DNA from: Ectothiorhodospiraceae bacterium
Lineage (GTDB): Bacteria > Pseudomonadota > Gammaproteobacteria > Nitrococcales > AK92
Assembly (NCBI GenBank): GCA_029268285.1
Contig: JAJUGG010000003.1
Location: forward strand, 9,976 to 41,975
Length of the DNA stretch: 32,000 nt
Direction of reading: 5' to 3'
The position numbers and the translations under genes were made by a program. Shown one piece after another: positions 15,960 through 25,843 of this stretch. Under the pieces are notes generated by a model, which was not told where the DNA came from, searched no databases, and saw nothing but the letters and a program-made list of their open reading frames with translations. Position 1 is the stretch's first letter. Each line of letters starts with the position of its first letter.

Positions 15960-17277
15960 GTTGAACCAAACGCCTACGACCACGGCAGCCGGCCTTTTCG
16001 AGCGTCCGACAGGCGGCGAGAAAGCTGTTGTGGTCCATCTGGATCTGGGTGAGATCGGCGCGGAGGAATCCATCGCCGAATTTATCGAATTGGCGGAATC
16101 GGCAGGTGCCGAAGTCCTCGAGACGTTCATCAGTCGGCGTAAAGCGCCTGATCCGCGTTACTTCATCGGTGCCGGCAAAGCCGAAGAGATTGCGACTTTC
16201 GTGCAGGGGCACGGCATCGAGGTGGTGTTGGTCAATCACGCCATCAGTCCCGCACAAGAGCGCAACCTCGAGCGGGTGTTCAAATGCCGGGTGCTCGATC
16301 GTACCGGATTGATTCTAGATATCTTCGCGCAGCGGGCTCGCTCCTTCGAGGGTAAGCTGCAGGTCGAGCTCGCGCAGTTGCGCCATATCGCGAGCCGGCT
16401 GGTCCGAGGCTGGTCGCACTTGGAGCGACAGAAAGGCGGCATCGGCCTGCGCGGCCCGGGTGAAACCCAGCTCGAAATGGACCGACGCATGCTCGGGCAG
16501 CGCATCAAGCAGCTCGAGCGCAGGCTCGTGAAGGTGCGACGTCAGCGTGAACAAGGTCGCCAAGCGAGACGTAAGCAAGAGCTGCCGGTGGTCGCGCTGG
16601 TCGGCTATACCAACGTTGGTAAATCGACCTTGTTCAACCGCGTTACAGCCGCGGAGGTGTACGCGGCCAACCAGCTGTTTGCGACCCTAGACACGACTTT
16701 GCGTCGGCTTGACCTCGACAACGGCCAGCCGGTGATCCTGGCGGACACGGTCGGCTTTATTCGCGATCTGCCGCATCACTTGGTTGCCGCTTTTCGCTCC
16801 ACTTTGGAGGAGGTCGCCGAGGCGGATTTACTGTTGCACGTCATCGACGCTTCCGACGACGAACGCGAGGAACACATCGCTCAGGTCGAAGAGGTTCTGA
16901 GCGAGATCGGAGCGGGCGAGGTGCCGACCCTGCGGGTATACAACAAGGTCGATCTCGTCGCGCGTGAGCCGAGCATCGGCTATGACGGCGACGGCCAACC
17001 GCAGGAAGTGTGGCTGTCGGCCGCCTCGGGCGAGGGCACCGAGCTCCTGGTCGAGGCGCTGGAGGCACGGCTGAGCGCCGGTCGCGTACGCGGCCGGGTC
17101 GTTCTTGCGCCGCAAGAGGGGCGCCTGCGTGCGCGCTTCTACGCGCTGGGCGAAGTATTGGACGAGCAGGTGACGGAAACCGGCGAGTCGGTCCTGGAGG
17201 TCGACCTGCCGCGGCGCGAGCTCGAGCGCCTATATCGCAGCGAAGGCCTGACGGCGCGCATCGAAGCGTCGGCCTGA
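15928..17277 (+). CDS. hflX: Ribosome-associated GTPase HflX
   Basis: HflX N-domain (...[31 protein letters not shown]) and G-domain ([21 protein letters not shown]). The start is ambiguous. ATG 15928 overlaps hfq by 32 nt. TTG 15961 lies 1 nt after the hfq stop and is closer to the conserved FERP... N-terminus. Confidence 0.9.
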   Translation: MSAARSSVISELNQTPTTTAAGLFERPTGGEKAVVVHLDLGEIGAEESIAEFIELAESAGAEVLETFISRRKAPDPRYFIGAGKAEEIATFVQGHGIEVVLVNHAISPAQERNLERVFKCRVLDRTGLILDIFAQRARSFEGKLQVELAQLRHIASRLVRGWSHLERQKGGIGLRGPGETQLEMDRRMLGQRIKQLERRLVKVRRQREQGRQARRKQELPVVALVGYTNVGKSTLFNRVTAAEVYAANQLFATLDTTLRRLDLDNGQPVILADTVGFIRDLPHHLVAAFRSTLEEVAEADLLLHVIDASDDEREEHIAQVEEVLSEIGAGEVPTLRVYNKVDLVAREPSIGYDGDGQPQEVWLSAASGEGTELLVEALEARLSAGRVRGRVVLAPQEGRLRARFYALGEVLDEQVTETGESVLEVDLPRRELERLYRSEGLTARIEASA

Positions 17278-17287
17278 GCCGCGCCGG

Positions 17288-17317
17288 AAGCCAAGGCGCG
17301 CCGGTGCGCCTTGGCTT
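17288..17317 (+). other. Perfect 12-bp GC-rich hairpin after hflX (possible RNA processing or partial termination site)
   Basis: AAGCCAAGGCGC (17288-17299), loop gccggt, GCGCCTTGGCTT (17306-17317). No U-tract follows it (gtgcgtcccg). Confidence 0.4.
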
Positions 17318-17339
17318 GTGCGTCCCGTGTCTTTAGAAT
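17311..17339 (+). promoter_or_regulatory. Candidate internal sigma70 promoter for hflK-hflC
   Basis: TTGGCT (17311-17316), a 17-nt spacer, then TAGAAT (17334-17339), about 50 nt upstream of the hflK ATG. The -35 element overlaps the 3' arm of the hairpin. Confidence 0.3.
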
Positions 17340-17391
17340 CCACCACCTGACGCGACCACGATAATCGACGCGCGGACTCACGGAGAAAAGC

Positions 17392-18573
17392 ATGTCTTGG
17401 AATGAACCGGGGGGGGGAGACCGAGACCCCTGGAGCGGCTCGGGCCGCAACAATCAAGGTCCGCCGGACCTCGACGAACTACTCAAGAAACTCCAGGATC
17501 GCATCAACCGCTTGTTCGGACGCCGTCCGCGCACCGGCGGAGGTGGCGGTAGTGGCAGCTCGTTCGGGATCGGCCTTGTGGTGGTCGTTCTGCTGGTGGT
17601 TTGGCTTGCTTCCGGCTTTTTCGTCGTTGACGAAGGTAAGCGCGGTGTCGTGCTGCGCTTCGGCAAGTACGTCTCGACCGAGATGCCAGGGCCGCACTGG
17701 CAGCCTCCGTATCCCATTACCGATGTGCGCATCGTCGACGTCTCGGCGCGGCGCACAATTCGGATAGGCTACGACTCCCCGACGCGGGTGAACCCGGAAG
17801 AAGCGCTCATGCTGACCCGCGACGAGAACATCGTCAGCGTGCAGCTTGCCGTGCAGTGGCAGGTCAGCGAGCCGGACAAGTACCTGTTTACCCTGATTCA
17901 GCCGGAGCAGACGCTCAAGCAGCTTACCGAGAGCGCCCTGCGCGAGGTCGTCGGCAAGAGCGACATGGACTTCGTGCTCACCGAGGGGCGGGCCGAGGTG
18001 GTCAATGCTACCATGGCATTGGTGCAGCAGACGCTGGACGAGCGCTACGACGCCGGCATCCGCGTGGTGGAAATGGCCATTCAGGACGTGCAGCCGCCGG
18101 AGCCGGTACAGGGCGCGTTCTCTGAGGCTATTCGGGCCCGCGAGGACGAACAGCGCTTCATCAACGAAGCCCTCGGCTACCGTAACCAGATTATCCCGCA
18201 GGCCAAGGGCGAGGCTGCGCGCATCATCGAGGAAGCGCAGGGCTACCGCGCTCAGGCCGTTGCCAACGCACAGGGCTCTGTCGCGCGCTTCCTCGCCGTG
18301 CTGGAAGAGTATTCACAGGCCCCCGAGGTGACGCGCGAGCGCCTCTACATCGAGGCCATGCAGAGCGTGCTGTCTCGCACCAGCAAGATCCTGGTGGGCG
18401 GCGACAGCGCACCGCTAATGTACCTGCCGCTCGATCGCCTGCCTACTTCCGGGCGTAGCGGCGAGCAAGGCGCTGTCGGCGCAGATGCGAACGAAGCGAA
18501 CGCAGCGGGCAACGAGACCCCTGCGCAATTGCCGCTGAGTCGTGAACGGCTGCGCAGCCGGGAGGTGCGTTGA
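17392..18573 (+). CDS. hflK: FtsH modulator HflK (SPFH/band-7 family)
   Basis: The N-terminus MSWNEPGGGDRDPW...GPPDLDELLKKL parallels E. coli HflK. It has one TM helix and an SPFH domain. GGAGAA sits 5 nt upstream of the ATG. Confidence 0.95.
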   Translation: MSWNEPGGGDRDPWSGSGRNNQGPPDLDELLKKLQDRINRLFGRRPRTGGGGGSGSSFGIGLVVVVLLVVWLASGFFVVDEGKRGVVLRFGKYVSTEMPGPHWQPPYPITDVRIVDVSARRTIRIGYDSPTRVNPEEALMLTRDENIVSVQLAVQWQVSEPDKYLFTLIQPEQTLKQLTESALREVVGKSDMDFVLTEGRAEVVNATMALVQQTLDERYDAGIRVVEMAIQDVQPPEPVQGAFSEAIRAREDEQRFINEALGYRNQIIPQAKGEAARIIEEAQGYRAQAVANAQGSVARFLAVLEEYSQAPEVTRERLYIEAMQSVLSRTSKILVGGDSAPLMYLPLDRLPTSGRSGEQGAVGADANEANAAGNETPAQLPLSRERLRSREVR

Positions 18574-19448
18574 TGACTAATTTCAAGCCGATCGCTCTGA
18601 TCCTTGCGCTGCTCGTGCTCATCACGGCATGGCTATCCGCCTATACCGTCGACGAGACCGAGACGGCTATCAAATTCCGCCTTGGGCGGATGGTCGAAGA
18701 GGGCATGGAGCCAGGGCTGCACTGGAAGATACCGTTCATCGAAACCGTGCGTCGCTTCGACGACCGGGTGCATACGCTGGACGAGCCGCCGTCGCGTTTT
18801 CTTACCTCGGAAAAGAAGAACGTGATCGTCGACGCCTTCGTGAAGTGGCGTATCGCCGACCCCTCGCAGTTCTATGTATCCTTGGCCGGTAACCCGGGGC
18901 TGGCGAATCAACGCCTGAGCGAGATCATCAAAAGCGGACTGCGCACCGAATTCGGCAAGCGCACTATTCAGGAGGTGATCTCCGGCGAGCGGCGCAGCAT
19001 CATGGACTTGCTCAACGAGCAAGCATCCAGCGTGGCCAAGCCGCTCGGGCTGGAGGTGGTCGAGGTGCGCATTCAGCGCATCGATCTGCCCAGCGATGTC
19101 AGCGAGTCGGTCTACCAGCGCATGGCGGCCGAGCGTGAGCGCGTGGCGCGCGACTTCCGCGCTCGCGGTCGCGAGCAGGCCGAGCGCATCCGCGCCGAAG
19201 CCGATCGGGAGCGCACTGTGCTGATCGCCGAGGCGCGTCGCGAGGCCGAAGAGTTGCGGGGTCTGGGCGAAGCCGAGGCCACGCGTATCTTCGCTGAGGC
19301 CTATAACCGAGACCGCGATTTCTTCGAGTTCTATCGGAGCCTCGAAGCCTACGTGAATGCGTTCGACGAACGCAGCGACGTGCTGGTTCTGGACCCGAAC
19401 GAGTCGCAATTCTTCCGCTTCTTCGACCAGTCCCGGCCGGGCCGCTAA
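18573..19448 (+). CDS. hflC: FtsH modulator HflC (SPFH/band-7 family)
   Basis: N-terminal TM helix and an SPFH domain with a Glu/Arg-rich coiled coil (ERIRAEADRERTVLIAEARREAEELRG). ATG 18573 lies 5 nt after GGAGGTG and immediately follows the hflK stop (TGATG). The ORF-track start, TTG 18570, is too close to the RBS. Confidence 0.95.
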   Translation: MTNFKPIALILALLVLITAWLSAYTVDETETAIKFRLGRMVEEGMEPGLHWKIPFIETVRRFDDRVHTLDEPPSRFLTSEKKNVIVDAFVKWRIADPSQFYVSLAGNPGLANQRLSEIIKSGLRTEFGKRTIQEVISGERRSIMDLLNEQASSVAKPLGLEVVEVRIQRIDLPSDVSESVYQRMAAERERVARDFRARGREQAERIRAEADRERTVLIAEARREAEELRGLGEAEATRIFAEAYNRDRDFFEFYRSLEAYVNAFDERSDVLVLDPNESQFFRFFDQSRPGR

Positions 19449-19495
19449 ACCGCGGCCTGGTGCGGACCGGCCTATTACCGAGAGTGGCTTGAGCC

Positions 19496-19684
19496 TTGCT
19501 GCAGGATCTTCTGGCCGCGCTCGCGCTGGTACTGGTGCTGGAAGGGCTTCTGCCCTTCGCCAGCCCCGGCGCGCTGCGGCGTGCGATGTTGCAAATGGCG
19601 CAGCTGGACGACCGCGGCCTTAGGGTAGCGGGGCTGGTGTCCATGCTGCTGGGTTTGGCGCTCCTCTACCTGGTGCGGCACTGA
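19496..19684 (+). CDS. yjeT: Small membrane protein, DUF2065 (YjeT-like)
   Basis: 62 aa with two TM helices. LAALALVLVLEGLLPFASP resembles E. coli YjeT (..LALALVLVLEGLGP..), and it holds the same position after hflC. The start is TTG, and the stop overlaps the hisZ ATG by 1 nt. Confidence 0.7.
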   Translation: MLQDLLAALALVLVLEGLLPFASPGALRRAMLQMAQLDDRGLRVAGLVSMLLGLALLYLVRH

Positions 19685-20877
19685 TGAACGAGAACGACTA
19701 CTCCAAGGACAATCCTTGGTTGTTACCCGAGGGCGTGGACGAGCTGCTGCCGCCGCGGGCGATGCGGGTCGAGCAACAACGACGCGAGTTGCTCGACCTT
19801 TTTTCCGCCTGGGGCTATGAGCTCATTATGCCGCCGTTCATCGAGTTCCTGGATTCGTTGCTTACCGGCTCCGGCCATGATCTCGACCTGGAAACCTTCA
19901 AGCTCACCGATCAACTATCCGGTCGGCTGATGGGCGTGCGGGCGGATATGACGCCTCAGGCAGCGCGCATTGACGCTCACCAATTGCTTCGCGAAGGTCC
20001 GGTGCGGCTTTGCTATATCGGTACGGTTCTGAAGACCCGCCCGGATGCCATGGGTGGCTCGCGCGATCCTCTGCAACTCGGTGCCGAACTGTTTGGTCAC
20101 GCCGGTATCGAGAGCGACGTCGAGGTCATTTCGCTGATGCTGGAGGTGCTCCGTACCACCGGCGTTCACGACCTGTATCTGGACCTGGGGCATGTCGGCA
20201 TTTACCGCGGCCTGACGCATCAGGCAGGCCTCGGCGATGAAATCGAGGCGCGCTTTTTCGATGCGCTGCAGCGGAAAGCCGCGATCGAAATCGAAGAGCT
20301 GCTCGGCGCCGCGGATATCGATAGCACCCATCGCGCCATGCTGGCGGCGCTGCCGGATCTCAACGGCGGCACGGAAGTCCTGCAGCGTGCCGTCGAAGAG
20401 CTGCGCCACGCCGACAAGAGCGTGCGCGAAGCGCTGGACGAGCTTGCCGCGATCGCGACCTCGCTGCAGCAGCGCGAGCCGAGTTTGCCGCTGTACTTCG
20501 ATCTCGCCGAGCTGCATGGCTATCAGTACAAGACTGGGGCGGTATTCGCCGCGTTTACGCCCGGCTATGGGCAGGAGCTTGCGCGTGGCGGGCGCTATGA
20601 CAATATTGGGCGGATATTCGGCAGAGCGCGGCCGGCAACGGGCTTTAGTGCCGACCTCAAGGCATTGGCTGCTTTGACTGCCGAGCCGGTGCAGACCGCT
20701 GCAGCCGGGGTTCTCGCCGACTGGACTAACGATGCCGCCGCGCTCGCCGAGGTTCGGCGCCTGCGCGAGCAAGGGGAGCGAGTGGTATGGTCATTGCCGG
20801 GGCAGCAGGGTAACGGCGGCTGCGACCGGCGGCTGGTACAACGCAAGGATGGCAGCTGGGCCGTCGAGCCGCTCTGA
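19684..20877 (+). CDS. hisZ: ATP phosphoribosyltransferase regulatory subunit HisZ (HisRS paralogue)
   Basis: 397 aa with a class-II aaRS-like core (WLLPEGVDELLP..., GYELIMPPFIEFLDSL, RLCYIGTVLKTRP, GGRYDNIGRIFGRARPATGFSADL) and no anticodon-binding domain. hisZ-purA adjacency is common in gammaproteobacteria. Confidence 0.88.
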   Translation: MNENDYSKDNPWLLPEGVDELLPPRAMRVEQQRRELLDLFSAWGYELIMPPFIEFLDSLLTGSGHDLDLETFKLTDQLSGRLMGVRADMTPQAARIDAHQLLREGPVRLCYIGTVLKTRPDAMGGSRDPLQLGAELFGHAGIESDVEVISLMLEVLRTTGVHDLYLDLGHVGIYRGLTHQAGLGDEIEARFFDALQRKAAIEIEELLGAADIDSTHRAMLAALPDLNGGTEVLQRAVEELRHADKSVREALDELAAIATSLQQREPSLPLYFDLAELHGYQYKTGAVFAAFTPGYGQELARGGRYDNIGRIFGRARPATGFSADLKALAALTAEPVQTAAAGVLADWTNDAAALAEVRRLREQGERVVWSLPGQQGNGGCDRRLVQRKDGSWAVEPL

Positions 20878-20941
20878 TGCAGGGCGCGCCGCTGCGGTTT
20901 GGTAACTAGGATTCCCTTCAACTTTCGATCGAGACGGGTAA

Positions 20942-22237
<1,296 letters not shown>

Positions 22238-22243
22238 AGGAGG

Positions 22244-22277
22244 GCGGGCGCTACCGGGAGTAGCGCCCGCTTTTTTT
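22244..22277 (+). terminator. Rho-independent terminator of purA
   Basis: 11-bp stem GCGGGCGCTAC/GTAGCGCCCGC, loop CGGGA, then T7 (22271-22277). Confidence 0.8.
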
Positions 22278-22302
22278 GTGTCTGGGCCTGAGTTCAGGCA
22301 AC

Positions 22303-22332
22303 AAAAAAGGCGAGCCTAGGCTCGCCTTTTTT
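22303..22332. terminator. Bidirectional terminator (A6-hairpin-T6) between purA and tRNA-Leu
   Basis: AAAAAA GGCGAGC CTAG GCTCGCC TTTTTT. The flanking tracts are symmetric, so it can terminate the - strand tRNA-Leu transcript and back up purA termination. Confidence 0.75.
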
Positions 22333-22341
22333 GTCAGGTAT

Positions 22342-22428
22342 TGGTGCCGAGGAGAGGACTTGAACCTCCACGGGGTTGCCCCCACTAGCACCTGAAGCTA
22401 GCGCGTCTACCAATTCCGCCACCTCGGC
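22342..22428 (-). tRNA. tRNA-Leu (anticodon CAG)
   Basis: The reverse complement is GCCGAGGTGGCGGAATTGGTAGACGCGCTAGCTTCAGGTGCTAGTGGGGGCAACCCCGTGGAGGTTCAAGTCCTCTCCTCGGCACCA. It is 87 nt with a long variable arm and encoded CCA. It is nearly identical in the D and anticodon arms to E. coli tRNA-Leu(CAG). Confidence 0.95.
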
Positions 22429-22469
22429 GATGATCGGCTGGATCAGCCGTCACCGTCATTAGGGCGCAA

Positions 22470-22498
22470 ACTTTACCGGCGGTTGTTATTACTGTCAA
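22470..22498 (-). promoter_or_regulatory. Putative sigma70 promoter of tRNA-Leu
   Basis: On the - strand: consensus TTGACA (22498-22493), a 17-nt spacer, TAAAGT (22475-22470), then a GC-rich discriminator ttgcgccc. The -10 element lies about 40 nt upstream of the mature 5' end. Confidence 0.5.
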
Positions 22499-22583
22499 CG
22501 GCCAAGTTACACTTTCATGCAAATAATCTCGTTCCCTCATCCCGTAGCGATGGCGGGACCGCGTCGGCGGCCGCAGCCAAGGC

Positions 22584-22611
22584 TTGCAGGTCGGCGCAGT
22601 TGGCGTATCCT
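22584..22611 (+). promoter_or_regulatory. Candidate sigma70 promoter of rnr
   Basis: TTGCAG (22584-22589), a 16-nt spacer, then TATCCT (22606-22611), about 35 nt upstream of ATG 22647. This is a pattern match only. Confidence 0.3.
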
Positions 22612-22646
22612 GCGCTTCATACAGAGATAAGGGAACCAAGGGTTTA

Positions 22647-24935
22647 ATGACGAAAAAGGGAAAGCAAGCGCGGCAGGATCCTTACCTGGAGAGGGAAAGC
22701 CGCAAGTACGATCACCCCATTCCGAGCCGGGAATACATACTCGATCTTCTGCGGGAACGCTCCCGGCCACTTAGCCGCGAACAACTGATTCAAGCGCTCG
22801 GCTTAGAGGCGCCCGAGGCCGTGGAGGGCTTGCGCCGGCGCTTGCGCGCCATGGAGCGAGACGGGCAAGTGGTGCGCAATCGGCGCAAGGGCTATGTCAT
22901 CGTCGACAACGAAGACCTCATTCGCGGCCGTGTCACCGGGCACCCGGAAGGCTGGGGCTTCGTGACCCCGGATAGCGGCGAGGACCGGATTTATCTCTCG
23001 CCTAGGCAGATGCGCCTGCTGCTGCATGGCGACCGTGTGGTCGTGCGCATCGTGGGCCTGGACGCGCAGGGGCGGCCCGAAGGCGAGTTGGTCGATATCC
23101 TGCAGCGCTACAACAGGCAAGTAACCGGCCGCTTCTATTCCGAAAGCGGCGTGGGTTTTGTCGTCCCCAGCAATCGGCGCATTCATCATGACGTGATCAT
23201 TCCCGCTGCCGAGCAGGGCGGGGCAGAGGATGGTCAGTTGGTGGTGGCGGAGCTGGTGCAGCAGCCCAGCGAGCGGCGCATGCCCATCGGCCGTGTGGTC
23301 GAGGTCATGGGGACCCATATCGCGGCGGGTCAGGAGATTGCCGTTGCGGAGCGAGTGCACGGCATTCCGGTAGAGTGGCCGGAAGAGGTTGAGCGGGAAA
23401 TCGCGCGCTTCGGCGAAGAGGTTCCCGAAGCCGACAAGGCTGGCCGCGAGGATCTACGCGATCTGCCGCTCGTGACCATCGACGGGCCCGATGCGCGCGA
23501 CTTCGATGACGCCGTTTTTTGCCGGCCAACCAAATCGGGCTGGCGTCTGACGGTCGCTATCGCCGATGTGTCGCACTACGTGCGCGGCGGCACCGCCCTC
23601 GATCGCGAGGCGCTCAACCGCGGCAACTCAGTCTACTTCCCGCGTGCCGTGGTGCCAATGCTGCCCGAGTTGTTGTCCAACGGCCTGTGCTCGCTCAATC
23701 CGGGCGTCGATCGCCTCACCATGTGCTGCGAGATGTTGATCGGGCCGGACGGCACGCTCAAGCGCTCGCGCTTCTTCCGTGGCGTGATCCGCTCGCATGC
23801 GCGACTGACCTACCAGGAGGTAGCCTCCATCCTGGACGGCAGCGATTCCGAGGCGATCGAGCGACGCAAAGACCTGGTGCCGCACCTGCAGGCGCTGCAT
23901 GGCGTCTATAAGGCCTTGCGCATTCAGCGCGAAAAACGCGGTGCGATCGATTTCGAGACGACCGAATCGGTCATGGAGTTCGACGAACAGGGCCGTGTAC
24001 TGCGCATTGTGCCGGCCGAGCGCAATGATGCGCACAAGCTCATCGAAGAGTGCATGGTCATTGCCAACGTCGCCGCGGCGCGTTTTCTGCAACGGCACAA
24101 GATGCCTGCGCTCTATCGCGACCACGAAGTGCCGGACGAGGAGAAGGTCGAAGCGCTGCGTCAGTTCTTGGCGCAGGTCGGGCTCAAGCTGCCGGGCAAT
24201 CGTACCGTGCCCAAGCCGTCCGACTATGCGGTCTTGCTCAAGCAGATTCAGAACCGTCCCGACAAGCACCTGATTCAGATGGTTTTGCTGCGTTCCTTCA
24301 AGGCCGCGGACTACCGCCCGGAAAATATCGGGCACTTCGGTCTTTCCCTGGAGGCGTACGCACACTTTACCTCGCCAATCCGGCGTTACCCGGATTTGGT
24401 CGTGCACCGCGCCATCGGCCATGTGCTGGATGGCGGCAAGGCGGCCGACTACGAGACTAGCGCCGATCGCATGGTGGTGCTGGGCGAGCACTGCTCGATG
24501 ACAGAGCGCCGTGCCGACGAGGCCACCCGCGAAGCGACCATGACGCTCAAGTGCGAGTACATGGCGGATAAGCTCGGGCAGGAGTTCGACGGCATCATCA
24601 GTGGCGTTACTGCCTTTGGCATATTCGTGCAGCTTAGCGAGGTTTTCGTCGACGGCCTGGTCCACATCTCGACGCTCGGCGATGACTATTACCACTTTGA
24701 TCCGATCGGTCATCGCCTGGTCGGCGAGCGGACCGGCAAGGAGTTTCGTCTCGCCGACACTGTTCGGGTGCAAGTCGCCCGCGTCGATAAGGAAGAGCGG
24801 CAGATCGACTTCGAACTGATCGGGCATGAGGGGCGCCCGCGGCGCGGCAGCCCGGTAGACGGCAAGAGTCAGCGCAAGCCGGGCGGTAGTCGGCGTCGCC
24901 AAGCGCGGCGTAGCGGTGGACGCAGGCGCGGCTAG
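22647..24935 (+). CDS. rnr: Ribonuclease R (3'-5' exoribonuclease)
   Basis: N-terminal HTH/CSD region, an RNB domain (TIDGPDARDFDDAVFC..., ADVSHYV, YFPRAVVPMLP), an S1 domain (GIISGVTAFGIFVQL) and a Lys/Arg-rich tail. I chose ATG 22647 (MTKKGKQ...) rather than the track start at 22584. Confidence 0.95.
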   Translation: MTKKGKQARQDPYLERESRKYDHPIPSREYILDLLRERSRPLSREQLIQALGLEAPEAVEGLRRRLRAMERDGQVVRNRRKGYVIVDNEDLIRGRVTGHPEGWGFVTPDSGEDRIYLSPRQMRLLLHGDRVVVRIVGLDAQGRPEGELVDILQRYNRQVTGRFYSESGVGFVVPSNRRIHHDVIIPAAEQGGAEDGQLVVAELVQQPSERRMPIGRVVEVMGTHIAAGQEIAVAERVHGIPVEWPEEVEREIARFGEEVPEADKAGREDLRDLPLVTIDGPDARDFDDAVFCRPTKSGWRLTVAIADVSHYVRGGTALDREALNRGNSVYFPRAVVPMLPELLSNGLCSLNPGVDRLTMCCEMLIGPDGTLKRSRFFRGVIRSHARLTYQEVASILDGSDSEAIERRKDLVPHLQALHGVYKALRIQREKRGAIDFETTESVMEFDEQGRVLRIVPAERNDAHKLIEECMVIANVAAARFLQRHKMPALYRDHEVPDEEKVEALRQFLAQVGLKLPGNRTVPKPSDYAVLLKQIQNRPDKHLIQMVLLRSFKAADYRPENIGHFGLSLEAYAHFTSPIRRYPDLVVHRAIGHVLDGGKAADYETSADRMVVLGEHCSMTERRADEATREATMTLKCEYMADKLGQEFDGIISGVTAFGIFVQLSEVFVDGLVHISTLGDDYYHFDPIGHRLVGERTGKEFRLADTVRVQVARVDKEERQIDFELIGHEGRPRRGSPVDGKSQRKPGGSRRRQARRSGGRRRG

Positions 24936-24937
24936 AT

Positions 24938-25681
24938 ATGGCGGGCGAGCAGTACATTTACGGCCTGCACGCGGTGCGGGCCGCGGTGAAATACGATCCG
25001 GCCCATATCGTCGAGATTTGGCTGGAGCAACGGCGTCATGATGCTAAGGTTCAGCGTCTGTTTGCCGCTCTGGAGGGCTTGGGGCGGCCCGTGCATCGCG
25101 TGGCACGCCGGGAGCTGGATCGTTTGGTGGACGGTGCGGCGCATCAAGGCGTGGTGGTGCGCTACAGTGGCCCGCCGCCGCAGGGTGAGGACGAGTTGGA
25201 GCGGCTGCTCGATGGGCTCGACCATGATCCCTTCTTGCTGATTCTCGATCAGGTGCAGGACCCGCATAACCTGGGCGCTTGTCTGCGCAGCGCCGATGCT
25301 GCGGGCGTGGATGCCCTGATTGCGCCACGCGACCGCGCGGTAGGCTTGACGCCCACCGTGCATAAAGTCGCCTCTGGTGCCGCCGGCACCGTGCCTTTCT
25401 TTCAGGTGACTAATCTTGCCCGCACGCTGGACGCCTTGAAGGTGCGCAACATCTGGTTGGTCGGCGCCGCTGGCGAGGCCGAGCAGAGCGTCTATGAAAC
25501 CGACATGCGCGGGCCGCTCGCCATCGTCATGGGCGCGGAGGATACGGGGCTGCGCCGGCTGACCCGCGAGCGTTGCGATTTTCTCGCCCGCATTCCCATG
25601 CAGGGGCAGGTGGAGAGCCTCAACGTCTCCGTGGCGACAGCGGTGTTTTTATTCGAGGCGCTACGCCAGCGCGGGCAGTGA
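24938..25681 (+). CDS. rlmB: 23S rRNA (guanosine-2'-O)-methyltransferase RlmB (SpoU/TrmH family)
   Basis: SpoU substrate-binding N-domain plus LILDQVQDPHNLGACLRSADAAGVDALI, ...IVMGAEDTGLR... and SLNVSVA motifs. It lies directly after rnr, as in E. coli. Confidence 0.9.
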   Translation: MAGEQYIYGLHAVRAAVKYDPAHIVEIWLEQRRHDAKVQRLFAALEGLGRPVHRVARRELDRLVDGAAHQGVVVRYSGPPPQGEDELERLLDGLDHDPFLLILDQVQDPHNLGACLRSADAAGVDALIAPRDRAVGLTPTVHKVASGAAGTVPFFQVTNLARTLDALKVRNIWLVGAAGEAEQSVYETDMRGPLAIVMGAEDTGLRRLTRERCDFLARIPMQGQVESLNVSVATAVFLFEALRQRGQ

Positions 25682-25711
25682 AGGCCTCGCGAGGCGTCCG
25701 AAATCAATGCT

Positions 25712-25740
25712 TTGCTAAACCCCGGTCGCTCCGCTACACT
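25712..25740 (+). promoter_or_regulatory. Putative sigma70 promoter of the rpsF operon
   Basis: TTGCTA (25712-25717), a 17-nt spacer, then TACACT (25735-25740). The predicted start is about 100 nt upstream of the rpsF ATG. Confidence 0.45.
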
Positions 25741-25754
25741 ACGCGATCTTTTTT

Positions 25755-25820
25755 AGGCGGGCACCCGCCTCCTTGCTTTCGGAATGGGTCCGAAAGCTTT
25801 TCATGACCCGCGCACGGGTC
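25755..25820 (+). promoter_or_regulatory. Structured rpsF 5' leader (three hairpins; candidate S6:S18 autoregulatory element)
   Basis: H1 is 25755-25770 (AGGCGG/CCGCCT). H2 is 25775-25797 (9-bp GCTTTCGGA/TCCGAAAGC) followed by TTTT. H3 is 25805-25820 (GACCCG/CGGGTC). AAGGAG follows at 25832-25837. Confidence 0.4.
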
Positions 25821-25843
25821 TTGGATATCCATAAGGAGCATTC

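Noticed and set aside
19469-19484. GGCCTATTACCGAGAG after the hflC stop, which resembles the GAGCCTATCCGAG arm.
   Set aside because: The match needs a 2-nt insertion and lacks the AGAGCC core and any partner arm in the 47-nt spacer.
23628-24902. 424-aa ORF on the - strand, antisense to rnr.
   Set aside because: The same shadow-frame signature applies. The RNase R reading on the + strand is unambiguous over the whole interval.
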